From NCBI GenBank assembly GCA_944321345.1, contig CALUKY010000013.1:6027-70026 (forward strand): 64,000 nt of DNA, given 5' to 3'. The DNA comes from an uncultured Paraprevotella sp. GTDB lineage: Bacteria; Bacteroidota; Bacteroidia; Bacteroidales; Bacteroidaceae. Both the position numbers and the translations under genes were made by a program. Shown one piece after another: positions 29,842-38,944 of this stretch. The notes under the pieces are model-generated. The model ran no database searches. It saw only the letters and a list, made by a program, of their open reading frames with translations, and was not told where the DNA came from. Each line of letters begins with the position of its first letter. Position 1 is the stretch's first letter.

Positions 29842-31161
29842 CTAATCACGTCTAAACAAATCTCTTGTATAAACCTTTTCAGAAACATCATCAAGACATG
29901 AATCATACCTATTAGCAATAATAACGGTTGATTCAAATTTAAATATCTGAAAATCATTTACAACCTTAGATCCTCCAAAAATACTACCATTTTCTAAAGT
30001 CGGCTCATATATAATCACAGAAACTCCCTTTGCTTTAATGCGCTTCATAATTCCTTGAATCGCACTTTGCCGAAAGTTATCCGAATTAGCTTTCATGGTT
30101 AAGCGATAAATCCCAACAACCAAATTTTGACCATTCTGCAATTCCCAATCATATAAATTTGAAGAAGAGAAACCTGCTTTATGCAGGACCTGATCTGCTA
30201 TAAAATCCTTACGGGTACGATTACTTTCTACAATGGCCGTCATCATATTCTGTGGTACATCCTGATAATTGGCCAACAATTGTTTGGTATCTTTTGGTAA
30301 GCAATAGCCTCCATAGCCAAAACTCGGATTATTATAGTGAGTACCGATACGAGGATCTAGACCTATTCCTTCAATAATGGCAGAAGCATCTAACCCTTTT
30401 ACTTCAGCATAGGTATCTAACTCGTTAAAATAACTCACTCGTAAGGCCAAATAAGTATTGGCAAAAAGTTTAACTGCTTCTGCTTCTTTCAAGCCCATAA
30501 ATAAAGTAGGGATATTTTCTTTAACAGCACCTTCTTGCAATAAAATTGCAAATTTACGAGCTGCATCCTGTAAGAAAGGAATATTTGCAATATTCTGAAT
30601 CGCGACATTCTCGTCTTCAAAATTTTCAATCGTTTTAGGCACCCCTACAATAATACGACTAGGATACAAGTTATCATATAGAGCTTTACTTTCACGCAAA
30701 AACTCCGGAGAGAATAACAAATTTAACTTTTTTCCTTGCAAAGTTGGAGTTTCTGAGAAAACCTTCTGATATCTCACATATAAACTGCGGCAATATCCGA
30801 CAGGGATAGTACTTTTTATGACCATTACCGCATCCGGATTAATCTGCAGAACCAAATCAATCACAGACTCTACAGCAGAGGTATCAAAAAAATTTTTCTG
30901 AGGATCATAATTCGTTGGGGCTGCAATAATAACATAATCCGCATCTTTATAAGCCTCCTGAGCATCTAACGTTGCCTTTAAATTTAGATTCTTTTCTGTC
31001 AAATATTTCTCAATATACTCATCTTGGATAGGAGATTTTCTTTGGTTAATCAAATTAACCTTTTCAGAAAGAATATCAACAGCAACCACTTGATTATGCT
31101 GTGCCAATAAAGTGGCAATACTTAACCCTACATATCCAGTTCCTGCAACTGCAATTTTCAT
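29842..31161 (-). CDS. ugd: UDP-glucose 6-dehydrogenase (nucleotide-sugar dehydrogenase)
   Basis: 439 aa with [14 protein letters not shown] and [10 protein letters not shown]. Confidence 0.9.
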   Translation of the reverse strand: MKIAVAGTGYVGLSIATLLAQHNQVVAVDILSEKVNLINQRKSPIQDEYIEKYLTEKNLNLKATLDAQEAYKDADYVIIAAPTNYDPQKNFFDTSAVESVIDLVLQINPDAVMVIKSTIPVGYCRSLYVRYQKVFSETPTLQGKKLNLLFSPEFLRESKALYDNLYPSRIIVGVPKTIENFEDENVAIQNIANIPFLQDAARKFAILLQEGAVKENIPTLFMGLKEAEAVKLFANTYLALRVSYFNELDTYAEVKGLDASAIIEGIGLDPRIGTHYNNPSFGYGGYCLPKDTKQLLANYQDVPQNMMTAIVESNRTRKDFIADQVLHKAGFSSSNLYDWELQNGQNLVVGIYRLTMKANSDNFRQSAIQGIMKRIKAKGVSVIIYEPTLENGSIFGGSKVVNDFQIFKFESTVIIANRYDSCLDDVSEKVYTRDLFRRD

Positions 31162-31178
31162 GTTTATAAATTTAGAAA

Positions 31179-33095
31179 TTACTTATCCAACCTCTCAAAA
31201 TCAGAATTCTTACTCTTAAACTCCGGAACAATCTCCTTCATACAGCGTACCGTTTCCATACGATCCACCGTCTGAGCAATCTCTTTCAGATGATCAATGG
31301 CTTTGACCACCTCCTCCCGGTCATATTCACGTACATGAGCACGGAAAATCTTTTCGTTCGGGGTTGGCAAGGTGTTTTCCTTGGTAGCCAGCAGTTCCTC
31401 ATAGAGTTTCTCTCCCGGGCGCAAACCGGTATATTCGATCTGGATATCTTCATCAGGAATCAGTCCGGCCAACTCGATCATACGACGGGCCAGATCGGCA
31501 ATCTTCACGGGCTTGCCCATATCGAAGACAAAGATTTCATCGCCTTCACCCATCACACCGGCTTCGAGCACCAGGCGCACGGCCTCGGGGATGGTCATAA
31601 AGTAACGGATAATCTCAGGATGGGTCACGGTAAGCGGACCGCCCTTCAGCAGCTGTTCGCGAAAACGGGGAATCACCGAACCGTTGCTACCCAGCACATT
31701 GCCGAAACGGGTGGTGATAAATTTGGTCTTTCCCTGGGTTTCACCCTTGGCTATACTCATACTCAGAGTCTGCACATAAATCTCGGCCAGGCGTTTGGAA
31801 GCGCCCATCACATTGGTGGGATTTACCGCCTTGTCGGTAGAAATCATCACAAAGCGCTCCACACCATATTCCACCGCCAGATCGGCCAGATTACGGGTGC
31901 CGATCACATTGGCCAGCACCGCCTCACAAGGGTTTTCCTCCATCAGAGGCACATGCTTATAGGCCGCGGCATGAAAAATCACCTGGGGCTTGTAGGTGCG
32001 CATCAGCCACTGCAGACGGGGCATCATGCGAATATCGCCCACAACCGGAGTAAATTTCACGTCCGGGAAAGTATCTTCCAGCTCCAGACGGATATTGTGC
32101 ATCGGGGTTTCGGCCATATCGAAAAGCACCAGTTCCTTCAAGCCGAAGGTGCAGAGCTGGCGGCAGATCTCACTACCGATGGAACCGGCGGCACCGGTCA
32201 CCAGTACGGTCTTTCCCTGAAGCTCCTGCTGGATATTTTCCATATTGATCCTGATCTCGTCACGGCCCAGCAGATCTTCAATGCGCACTTCTGCCAAACG
32301 GGGCGGACGGACATGACCGTCGCGGATCTCTTCGGTCTCGGGCAGCAGCAACAGGCTGATCTTGTTCTTTTCTCCATAGCGGATCAGGCGGTCGCGCTCC
32401 AGTTCCACATCCTTGCGGTCCTGAAACAGCAGGGCATTGGCTCCGGTATGATGCAGGAGCTTCCGGAAATCGCTGCCATTCTCTATGGAATAAAGTTTCA
32501 GGCCATCGATACGCTGGGTATCGCATTTGCCGATACGCAGATAACCGACCACCAGATTGTCGCGCGACAAGGCGGAGGATACCGACAGGGGCATCGGCTC
32601 TTTCTCGGGATCAATATAGATGAGCAGGCGACGACGGGTATCCACTTCCTGACTCTGGAAAGAGTGATGATAAAGCAGAAAGGCAAAAACACGCACCAGC
32701 ACCAGCACCACAAAGGTAAACAGGAAATCAAGCAGCGTATTGAGCACCCACACGGTCGTAGGCAGCTCGTCGACAAAGACATAGCGTGCCAGCAAAGCCG
32801 TAAATACGGCAGCCAGAAGGCAGGCTCCCATAATGCGCAGGGATTCGGCCAGAGAGGAGTAACGGATAATGCCCTTATACGTGCGGAACAGGATGAAAAA
32901 CAGCAGGGAACAGACCATGCTGAGCACCCAGAACACCCACAGGGACCCGAAAGCCAGATGATAGGAAAACAGATTATTGGTCAGCAGATATGTGAGCCAG
33001 GTGGTCACGCCGGAAAGTAATACATCAGCACAAAGAATCAGCTTCTGGTTCACAAAATGTGAACGCAGAATGAGCTGCATCATAGTTGTTGTCAT
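31179..33095 (-). CDS. membrane-anchored UDP-GlcNAc 4,6-dehydratase (CapD/PglF/EpsC-like)
   Basis: 638 aa with N-terminal TM segments followed by [13 protein letters not shown] and an SDR core. The gene is GC-rich. Confidence 0.9.
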   Translation of the reverse strand: MTTTMMQLILRSHFVNQKLILCADVLLSGVTTWLTYLLTNNLFSYHLAFGSLWVFWVLSMVCSLLFFILFRTYKGIIRYSSLAESLRIMGACLLAAVFTALLARYVFVDELPTTVWVLNTLLDFLFTFVVLVLVRVFAFLLYHHSFQSQEVDTRRRLLIYIDPEKEPMPLSVSSALSRDNLVVGYLRIGKCDTQRIDGLKLYSIENGSDFRKLLHHTGANALLFQDRKDVELERDRLIRYGEKNKISLLLLPETEEIRDGHVRPPRLAEVRIEDLLGRDEIRINMENIQQELQGKTVLVTGAAGSIGSEICRQLCTFGLKELVLFDMAETPMHNIRLELEDTFPDVKFTPVVGDIRMMPRLQWLMRTYKPQVIFHAAAYKHVPLMEENPCEAVLANVIGTRNLADLAVEYGVERFVMISTDKAVNPTNVMGASKRLAEIYVQTLSMSIAKGETQGKTKFITTRFGNVLGSNGSVIPRFREQLLKGGPLTVTHPEIIRYFMTIPEAVRLVLEAGVMGEGDEIFVFDMGKPVKIADLARRMIELAGLIPDEDIQIEYTGLRPGEKLYEELLATKENTLPTPNEKIFRAHVREYDREEVVKAIDHLKEIAQTVDRMETVRCMKEIVPEFKSKNSDFERLDK

Positions 33096-33105
33096 GATTC
33101 TATCT

Positions 33106-34203
33106 TTATAGTTTAGTTTTTCGTGTATTCAAACGACGGTTGAGCAGCAGGTGGAAAAGGCACCATACCGCCATATCCGTCAGGAAAATCCAGGTGGGTT
33201 GCCAATACAGCACCAGTCCGGCATTCAGCAGGATAAAGCTCAGGGAAAGCAGTACCAACAGATACATGGTCTGCAAGGAAGAAAAGCCCGCACGCAGCAT
33301 CTTGTGGTGGATGTGGTTGCGGTCGGGAAGAAAAAGTCCCTTGCCGGAACGGGCACGCACCAGCATCACGCGCACAATGTCAAAGCAGGGAACCACAAAA
33401 GCGGCCAGACCAACCATGGACTGACCGGAAGACCAGGGATCATAATCCGGGCTCTTGTGCATGAAAATAAGCAATCCGTAAGCCAGGACATAACCCAGAC
33501 TCAGACTACCGCCATCGCCCATAAAGAGCTTGAAATTACGCCGGCGACGGCGATAGACATTATAATACCAGAAGGGCAACAGAATGCCCAACATGGAAGA
33601 AAAGAGCAGCAGATTGAGCAAATGAAAATGCTGCACACTGAAAATCACAAAAAGGGCCAGGGCCAAGACACCCAGGCCGGAAGCCAGACCGTCAATGCCG
33701 TCAATCAGATTGATGGCATTGGTGATATAAACCACAAAGAGCAGAGTAAGAGGCAGGCTCACAGTATAGGGAATATCCGTAACGCCAAAAAGTCCGCCCA
33801 GAGAATTGATACCTACCCCGGCAAGCCAAAGCATCAGGCCGCCCAGAATCTGCACCAGAAACTTGCGCTTATACCCCAGACCGATCAGATCGTCCATCAG
33901 CCCCATGATATACATCAGGATCAGACCGGAAGCAAAAAAGGTAATACAGGACAGGGATTCGGTATAGGTCTGCAGATAGGCATCGGGTTCCAGCTTGATA
34001 ATGACAGCCCCCAACAGGGAAATGCTGAAAAACAGCACCGGAACAAAACAGGAACCACCCAGACGGGACGACGGGGTGCGGTGTACCTTACGGGCTTCGG
34101 GCTGGTCGAAAAGTTTTTTCTGATAAGAAACCAGAAGGATCTGGGGAAGGGAAAGAACAGTCAGTAAAAAAGACAGAATAAAAATTATCAGGGCGTAAAT
34201 CAT
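33106..34203 (-). CDS. polytopic polyprenyl-phosphate HexNAc-1-phosphate transferase (MraY/WecA family)
   Basis: 365 aa with NAINLIDGIDGLA, polytopic. It is the first gene of the locus. Confidence 0.85.
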   Translation of the reverse strand: MIYALIIFILSFLLTVLSLPQILLVSYQKKLFDQPEARKVHRTPSSRLGGSCFVPVLFFSISLLGAVIIKLEPDAYLQTYTESLSCITFFASGLILMYIMGLMDDLIGLGYKRKFLVQILGGLMLWLAGVGINSLGGLFGVTDIPYTVSLPLTLLFVVYITNAINLIDGIDGLASGLGVLALALFVIFSVQHFHLLNLLLFSSMLGILLPFWYYNVYRRRRRNFKLFMGDGGSLSLGYVLAYGLLIFMHKSPDYDPWSSGQSMVGLAAFVVPCFDIVRVMLVRARSGKGLFLPDRNHIHHKMLRAGFSSLQTMYLLVLLSLSFILLNAGLVLYWQPTWIFLTDMAVWCLFHLLLNRRLNTRKTKL

Positions 34204-34340
34204 GATTTTTCAAGGGTTTATTCATCGGGCAGCCCCTTGTTCAGGAACCGCATGAAACAGCTTCGCCGCAATCACTCCCATACGTACTGAAGAATGACCG
34301 GACTCTATTTCTACCAAAAATCGTACCGATATAATTAATG

Positions 34341-34348
34341 CAAAAATA
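34341..34348 (-). promoter_or_regulatory. candidate -7 box (TATTTTTG on the minus strand) for the polysaccharide operon
   Basis: CAAAAATA on the plus strand, which is TAnnTTTG on the minus strand. It lies ~140 nt upstream of the ATG at 34203. Confidence 0.35.
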
Positions 34349-34546
34349 AGGCTTATATTCTGAAACAGCAAAAAAAAACATTCTTTTTTCGACAAAGACA
34401 ACCGATGCATCTTCCCAAAGCATACCCTTGCTACAAAAGCATTTTCAACAGGCCCCGAAACACAGGATAACAACAGTATCCGGACATTGTAAAGATTCCT
34501 AATTTTTTTCACAGGGGTATTTACCGGTAAAATAAAGATTTTATCG

Positions 34547-34554
34547 TATCTTTG
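34547..34554 (+). promoter_or_regulatory. -7 box TATCTTTG
   Basis: Matches TAnnTTTG, 32 nt upstream of the ATG at 34586. Confidence 0.45.
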
Positions 34555-34585
34555 GCGGGAAATACCGGATGATCAAAAAAACGTC

Positions 34586-35902
34586 ATGAAACAATGGAAT
34601 AAAATAATAACCCTGGGAGCGCTCGCCGCCTGCAGCCTGCTGGGGGCCTGTCAGAAAGAGGAGGGAAACACTCCGGCAGGTACGGAAGGAACGGGAAGAA
34701 GAACCGTACTGGTGTATATGAACGCACGGAACTCGCTGTACGGCAATGTATTTCAAGACTCGGTGGAACTGGCGCAGGGAGCCCGGAAAATGAACGCTCA
34801 GGACCGCCTGTTGCTGTATGTCTGCAAGGATTCCCTGTCGTATCTGTACCGCATCAGCGCCGGAGGAACCCGACTGCTACTGCAATGCAGCGCCGAACAG
34901 AATGCCTCGGATCCGAAACAGCTGGAAATGTTGCTGAAGTGGACCAAGGAACAGTTCCCGTCACAGTCGTACGGACTGGTGTTGTGGTCGCACTCCGACG
35001 GATGGCTGCCTTCGACCAATGTGGCGCGGGTGAACTCCAGAGGCTTCGGCGTGGATGTGGGCGCGGATGGAAATCCGTGGTCGGACCGGACTCCGGACGG
35101 TAACCTGGGAGTGCAGATGAACATCACGGATCTGGCCCAGGCGGTCAGCGCCAGCGGCATACGCCCCAAATTCATCTTCTTTGACTCTTGCCTGATGCTG
35201 GGTGTGGAAGCGGCCTATGATCTGCGAAACGTCACCGACTGGGTGATCGGCTCACCGGCACAGATTCCAAGTGTGGGAGCGGAATATTCGGATATGGTAC
35301 AGCAGGCGCTCTTCAGCGAGCCGCTGGACCCGAAAGCATTTACCGAGGGATATGTCAAGCAGGCGTCTACCTACCCGGAATATGGGGATATGGGCGTGGT
35401 ACTGGGTGCCGTACAGACAGACCGTCTGGAAAATCTGGCTGCGATAACCCGCACCATGGTCGAAAAATATGCCGGAAGCAACGAAACGGATCTGACCGGT
35501 GTACTGGCTTATGACCGCTACCAATGGCAATACTTCTACCGACCGGAATATTATGACTTCAAACAGGTAATGCTGCGCCTGATTACCGATACGGCGGACC
35601 GGCAGACCTGGCTGCAAGCCTTGGAGGCATGCGTACAGTATCCGGCAGCCACTCCGTATGTAAACTATTGGAGTAACTCTGCCCAAGACAGACTGACCCT
35701 GACACCGGGAGAATTTTCCGCCATCTCGGCTTTCGTTCCCCAGCAGCGTTATACCAGCAACGCCACCAATTGTCTTTATGGGGATCTGAATCAGGCTTTT
35801 GCGGCTACTGAATGGGCGCAGGCCAGCGGCTGGAGCGAAAACGCGTTTCTGAAAAACCTGATCTCGGAAGAAGAAAATACACCGGAAACAGAAGAAAATT
35901 AG
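34586..35902 (+). CDS. clostripain-family (C11) cysteine peptidase lipoprotein
   Basis: 438 aa. Lipobox LLGAC, catalytic-type motifs LWSHSDGW (His) and FFDSCLM (Cys). Confidence 0.85.
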   Translation: MKQWNKIITLGALAACSLLGACQKEEGNTPAGTEGTGRRTVLVYMNARNSLYGNVFQDSVELAQGARKMNAQDRLLLYVCKDSLSYLYRISAGGTRLLLQCSAEQNASDPKQLEMLLKWTKEQFPSQSYGLVLWSHSDGWLPSTNVARVNSRGFGVDVGADGNPWSDRTPDGNLGVQMNITDLAQAVSASGIRPKFIFFDSCLMLGVEAAYDLRNVTDWVIGSPAQIPSVGAEYSDMVQQALFSEPLDPKAFTEGYVKQASTYPEYGDMGVVLGAVQTDRLENLAAITRTMVEKYAGSNETDLTGVLAYDRYQWQYFYRPEYYDFKQVMLRLITDTADRQTWLQALEACVQYPAATPYVNYWSNSAQDRLTLTPGEFSAISAFVPQQRYTSNATNCLYGDLNQAFAATEWAQASGWSENAFLKNLISEEENTPETEEN

Positions 35903-35933
35903 CTTTCGCACTTGCAAATCCGTTTTTTTTCCT

Positions 35934-35941
35934 TACCTTTG
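35934..35941 (+). promoter_or_regulatory. -7 box TACCTTTG upstream of tRNA-Trp
   Basis: Matches TAnnTTTG, 38 nt upstream of the tRNA 5' end. Confidence 0.45.
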
Positions 35942-35978
35942 CACCCGTAAACGGAAGCAGCCCTGCTGCCGGACAGAA

Positions 35979-36054
35979 ACGGGAATAGCTCAGTTGGTAG
36001 AGCACCGGTCTCCAAAACCGGGTGTCGGGAGTTCGAGCCTCTCTTCCCGTGCCA
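35979..36054 (+). tRNA. tRNA-Trp (anticodon CCA)
   Basis: Cloverleaf folded by hand. Acceptor ACGGGAA/TTCCCGT, D arm GCTC-AGTTGGTA-GAGC, anticodon arm CCGGT-CTCCAAA-ACCGG, T arm GGGAG-TTCGAGC-CTCTC, and an encoded CCA. Confidence 0.95.
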
Positions 36055-36059
36055 CAAGA

Positions 36060-36106
36060 ACAAAGGTGTTATGTCATCACGACATAACACCTTTGTCCGT
36101 TTTTTT
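36060..36106 (+). terminator. rho-independent terminator
   Basis: Perfect 16-bp stem ACAAAGGTGTTATGTC / GACATAACACCTTTGT, followed by a T-run at 36100-36106. Confidence 0.85.
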
Positions 36107-36149
36107 CCTACCTGCACGAAGAACAAAATTTTTCTTCGGGATGTTTTGA

Positions 36150-36215
36150 AAAAAACTCCCTGAAGTTTTTCAAAAATCTCCCTGAAGTTTCCGGAAAAAC
36201 TTCCCGTTGTTTTTT
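36150..36215. repeat. three tandem ~22-bp imperfect repeats
   Basis: CTCCCTGAAGTTT occurs at 36156-36168 and 36178-36190, with a degenerate copy CTTCCCGTTGTTT at 36200-36212. Each copy is preceded by an A5-7 run. Confidence 0.7.
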
Positions 36216-36300
36216 CGGGATTTTCAAACCATTAAGAATCAATATTTTACAATTTTACAAAAGTACTATCGGCAAGCAGTACATTGTCCGGATTTTTGAC

Positions 36301-36330
36301 AAAAAAAAGCCGCATCCTTCCGGATGCGGC
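36301..36330 (-). terminator. rho-independent terminator of rbr
   Basis: Stem gccgcatcc/ggatgcggc. An A8 run on the plus strand gives a T8 run after the hairpin on the minus strand. Confidence 0.8.
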
Positions 36331-36353
36331 TCCATAACCTATAGGGTATGAAA

Positions 36354-36932
36354 TCAATAGTTTTCCTTCTTTACCTCGAAGTATGCCTGAGGATGCTGGC
36401 AAGCCGGGCATACCTTCGGAGCGTTCTTGCCCTTCACGGTGTAACCGCAGTTACGGCACTGCCATACTACTTCTTCATCCTTCTCGAATACTTTCATATT
36501 CTCGATATTGTTCACAAAAGCCTGATAACGCTCCTCGTGTCCCTTCTCGGCAACAGAGATCATGCGATACATGGCCGCAATAGCCGGGAAACCTTCCTCA
36601 TCGGCAATTTCCGCAAACTTCGGATAATCCAGGCTCCACTCTTCGTGCTCACCGGCAGCAGCTGCCTTCAGATTCTCCAGGGTAGTACCGATCACTCCGG
36701 CCGGGAAAGAAGCCTGAATCTCTACCATACCGCCTTCCAGCCATTTGAACATACGCTTGGCGTGCTCCTTCTCCTGATCGGCTGTTTCCATAAAGATGGC
36801 GGCAATCTGCTCGTAACCTTCTTTCTTGGCTACACTGGCAAAGTAGGTATAACGCATGCGGGCCTGTGATTCACCGGCGAATGAGGTCATCAAATTCTTC
36901 TCTGTACGGGTTCCTTTTAAACTCTTTTCCAT
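36354..36932 (-). CDS. rbr: rubrerythrin
   Basis: 192 aa. It has ferritin-like diiron motifs (E..A...Y, EKEHAK) and a C-terminal rubredoxin-type CRNCGY...CPAC. Confidence 0.95.
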   Translation of the reverse strand: MEKSLKGTRTEKNLMTSFAGESQARMRYTYFASVAKKEGYEQIAAIFMETADQEKEHAKRMFKWLEGGMVEIQASFPAGVIGTTLENLKAAAAGEHEEWSLDYPKFAEIADEEGFPAIAAMYRMISVAEKGHEERYQAFVNNIENMKVFEKDEEVVWQCRNCGYTVKGKNAPKVCPACQHPQAYFEVKKENY

Positions 36933-37006
36933 AATTGTTCGATTTTATTAGTTTATATTTCAGTTTACATTTCTCGCTGTTGTCTTATTGTTTCCTTTCG
37001 ACAATG

Positions 37007-37014
37007 CAAAGATA
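37007..37014 (-). promoter_or_regulatory. -7 box TATCTTTG (minus strand) for rbr
   Basis: CAAAGATA on the plus strand, 75 nt upstream of the ATG at 36932. Confidence 0.45.
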
Positions 37015-37031
37015 ATACATTCTTTTCAAAG

Positions 37032-37046
37032 TTGTAATAATTACAA
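37032..37046. promoter_or_regulatory. 7-1-7 palindrome TTGTAATAATTACAA (Per/Fur-box-like operator)
   Basis: Perfect inverted repeat, 18 nt upstream of the putative -7 box of rbr. It resembles the TTATAATnATTATAA type of Fur-family boxes. Confidence 0.45.
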
Positions 37047-37087
37047 ATTATTTTTGAGTTAAGAAAACTTAAAGGGGAGAGCGTGCC

Positions 37088-38197
37088 TTAAAGCACGCCC
37101 TTGCTGGAGGGTAAATCGTAATGGTACACGTCCCGACGAATGGCCATGCGGATGCTGCGTCCCAAGGCCTTGAAAATACCTTCGATTTTGTGGTGTTCGT
37201 TGTCGCCACGGGCCTGAATGTGCAGATTCATCTGTGCCGCGTCGCTCAGGCTCTTGAAGAAATGGAAGAACATCTCGGTAGGCATCGTACCGATGAATTC
37301 ACGACGGAACTCGGCATCCCAGACAATCCAGGGGCGGCCGCCGAAATCGAGCACGACCTGACAGAGGCAGTCGTCCATAGGCAGGGTGTAGCCGTAACGG
37401 TCGATGCCGCGCTTGTCGCCCAAAGCCTTCCGGAGGCATTCTCCCAAAGCCAAAGCGGTATCCTCGATGGTGTGATGATCGTCCACCTGATAGTCGCCGC
37501 GCATATGGATGTCGAGGTCGATCTGTCCGTGACGGGCAATCTGCTCGAGCATGTGGTCGAAGAATCCGATACCGGTATCGACATGACAGTTACCGTGACC
37601 GTCGAGATTGATGCGGACACGCACATCGGTCTCCTTTGTGGTGCGCTCTACCTCGGCAATGCGCTCGCCTGCCACCAGAAGCTCGGTAATCTTGTCCCAA
37701 CCGTCGACATAGGCAACGGATGGATGGTTGAAGGAATTTTCATCGCGCTTTTTCAGGATCAGGGCCTTGCAACCCAGATTGAGGGCGAGCTGGGCATCGG
37801 TTTCCCGGTCGCCGATGACATAACTGCCGGCCAGATCGTAAGTGCCGTCCATATACTTGGTGAGCATTCCGGTACCGGGCTTGCGGGTCTCGGCATGTTC
37901 TTCGGGCATGCTACAGTCGATCAGGACATCATTGAACTCGATACCTTCACCCGCCAGTGCTTCCATCATTTTATAGTGCGCCGGCAAAAAGTTTTCATAG
38001 GGGAAGGACTCGGTGCCCAATCCGTCCTGATTGCTGACCATCACGAGGTCAAAGTCGAGATTCTTACAGATATAGCCCAGATTACGGAAAACACCGGGCA
38101 CAAAGCTCAATTTTCCCAGAGAGTCGATCTGGAAGTCTTTGGGTTCACGAATCAGGGTTCCATCACGATCGATAAACAGTAATCTTGCTTTTTTCAT
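37088..38197 (-). CDS. hisB: bifunctional histidinol-phosphatase / imidazoleglycerol-phosphate dehydratase
   Basis: 369 aa. It has a HAD motif FIDRDGTL and IGPD motifs DDHHTIED and NEHHKIE. Confidence 0.95.
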   Translation of the reverse strand: MKKARLLFIDRDGTLIREPKDFQIDSLGKLSFVPGVFRNLGYICKNLDFDLVMVSNQDGLGTESFPYENFLPAHYKMMEALAGEGIEFNDVLIDCSMPEEHAETRKPGTGMLTKYMDGTYDLAGSYVIGDRETDAQLALNLGCKALILKKRDENSFNHPSVAYVDGWDKITELLVAGERIAEVERTTKETDVRVRINLDGHGNCHVDTGIGFFDHMLEQIARHGQIDLDIHMRGDYQVDDHHTIEDTALALGECLRKALGDKRGIDRYGYTLPMDDCLCQVVLDFGGRPWIVWDAEFRREFIGTMPTEMFFHFFKSLSDAAQMNLHIQARGDNEHHKIEGIFKALGRSIRMAIRRDVYHYDLPSSKGVL

Positions 38198-38268
38198 ATA
38201 ACTGATTGATTAAGTATTATTCTTTAATTAAACCTTCTATTTCCTTTACTAATTCTGCATTCAATTCT

Positions 38269-38577
38269 TCATCCCTTCCCAATAATTGTTTCACAAGCCG
38301 ATAAACGGTTGTACAAGGATTCTGAATTGTTTTTATTTTTAAGATCTATTGCCTTTTCTACAACCTCTTTTGTTCCACGTCCAAGTCCTTTAACTTCAAT
38401 ATCATAGACTATAACCCCTTGTTGTTTTCTAGCAAATGCCTCAAAGTAATGGGGGTCTGTTTTAGTTCCTTCACAAACAATCAACACCGAGCAACGAACC
38501 ACCTTTGGCTCTCTCTTCTGCGATTGCTTCCTAAATTTTAAAGCAGGATTGTCTATCTTGATTTTCTTTGTTGCCAT
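38269..38577 (-). pseudogene. truncated RloB-like (Toprim-type) protein, AbiLii-like
   Basis: 102-aa ORF with the RloB N-terminal signature VLIVCEGTKTDPHYF. It ends early. A plausible C-terminal tail (DEELNAELVKEIEGLIKE*) continues in another frame at about 38215-38270. Confidence 0.6.
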
Positions 38578-38596
38578 AGTCCCTGTTTTTTAGTCA

Positions 38597-38944
38597 TTAA
38601 GAATATAAGGAATAGCTCCATAACGCCCTGCTAAATACCACCTCAAACATTGTTGGAGAATGGTTGTCTTTCAAGAGAAGAAAAGGATCATATTCCAGTT
38701 CTTCATTATCATTTAATTTTACGGACAACAAGACACATCTTGCCATAGCATGCATAGCACTGACTAAATTGGATTTCCCACTGGAATTGGCTCCATACAA
38801 AGCAAGCGAACGGAGTAAAGTATATTTATTGAAATGAAACAGATTAGTATCAGAATATTCCTTTAAAGCTCTGCCTGCTTCCATTACTAAGGTTTTCTTA
38901 GTATAGAACGATCTATAATTCTCAACGGTAAATTCAAGTAACAT
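38597..38944 (-). pseudogene. N-terminal fragment of an AAA/ABC-type ATPase (RloA/AbiLi-like)
   Basis: 115-aa ORF: MLLEFTVENYRSF...LALYGANSSGKSNLVSAM (Walker A), then a stop. Intact members of the family have several hundred residues. Confidence 0.6.

Noticed and set aside
31290-33020. A 576-aa stop-free ORF on the plus strand, the longest non-annotated ORF in the window
   Set aside because: It lies exactly antisense to the CapD/PglF-like dehydratase, whose sense frame shows unambiguous SDR motifs. The antisense product is His/Gly/Gln-rich and of low complexity, with no recognisable domain. Long antisense frames are expected in GC-rich, codon-biased genes.
33151-34167. 338-aa plus-strand ORF
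   Set aside because: It is antisense to the WecA-like gene. It is Gln/His/Lys-rich and has no motifs or promoter context.
34222-34512. 96-aa ORF in the capsule operon leader, considered as a possible UpxZ/UpxY-like regulator
   Set aside because: It has no NusG/KOW-like or other motif and its composition is odd. It covers the candidate promoter, so it is most likely a chance ORF in AT-rich leader DNA.
34204-34585. Invertible (phase-variable) promoter flanked by inverted repeats, as in Bacteroides capsule loci
   Set aside because: By eye I found only a trivial 5-bp hairpin (GGATA...TATCC, ~34466-34482). There is no pair of inverted repeats of 15 bp or more, and no nearby recombinase. This cannot be excluded without a computed inverted-repeat search.
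35979-36353. Integrated mobile element at the tRNA-Trp 3' end
   Set aside because: No integrase, excisionase or duplicated tRNA 3' segment is visible. Only the short 22-bp repeats are present, and those are reported separately as a low-interest finding.
37121-38182. 353-aa plus-strand ORF. Similar ORFs occur at 40153-40701, 40732-41505 and 41429-42178.
   Set aside because: They are antisense to hisB, hisD and hisG, which are unmistakable in the sense frames.
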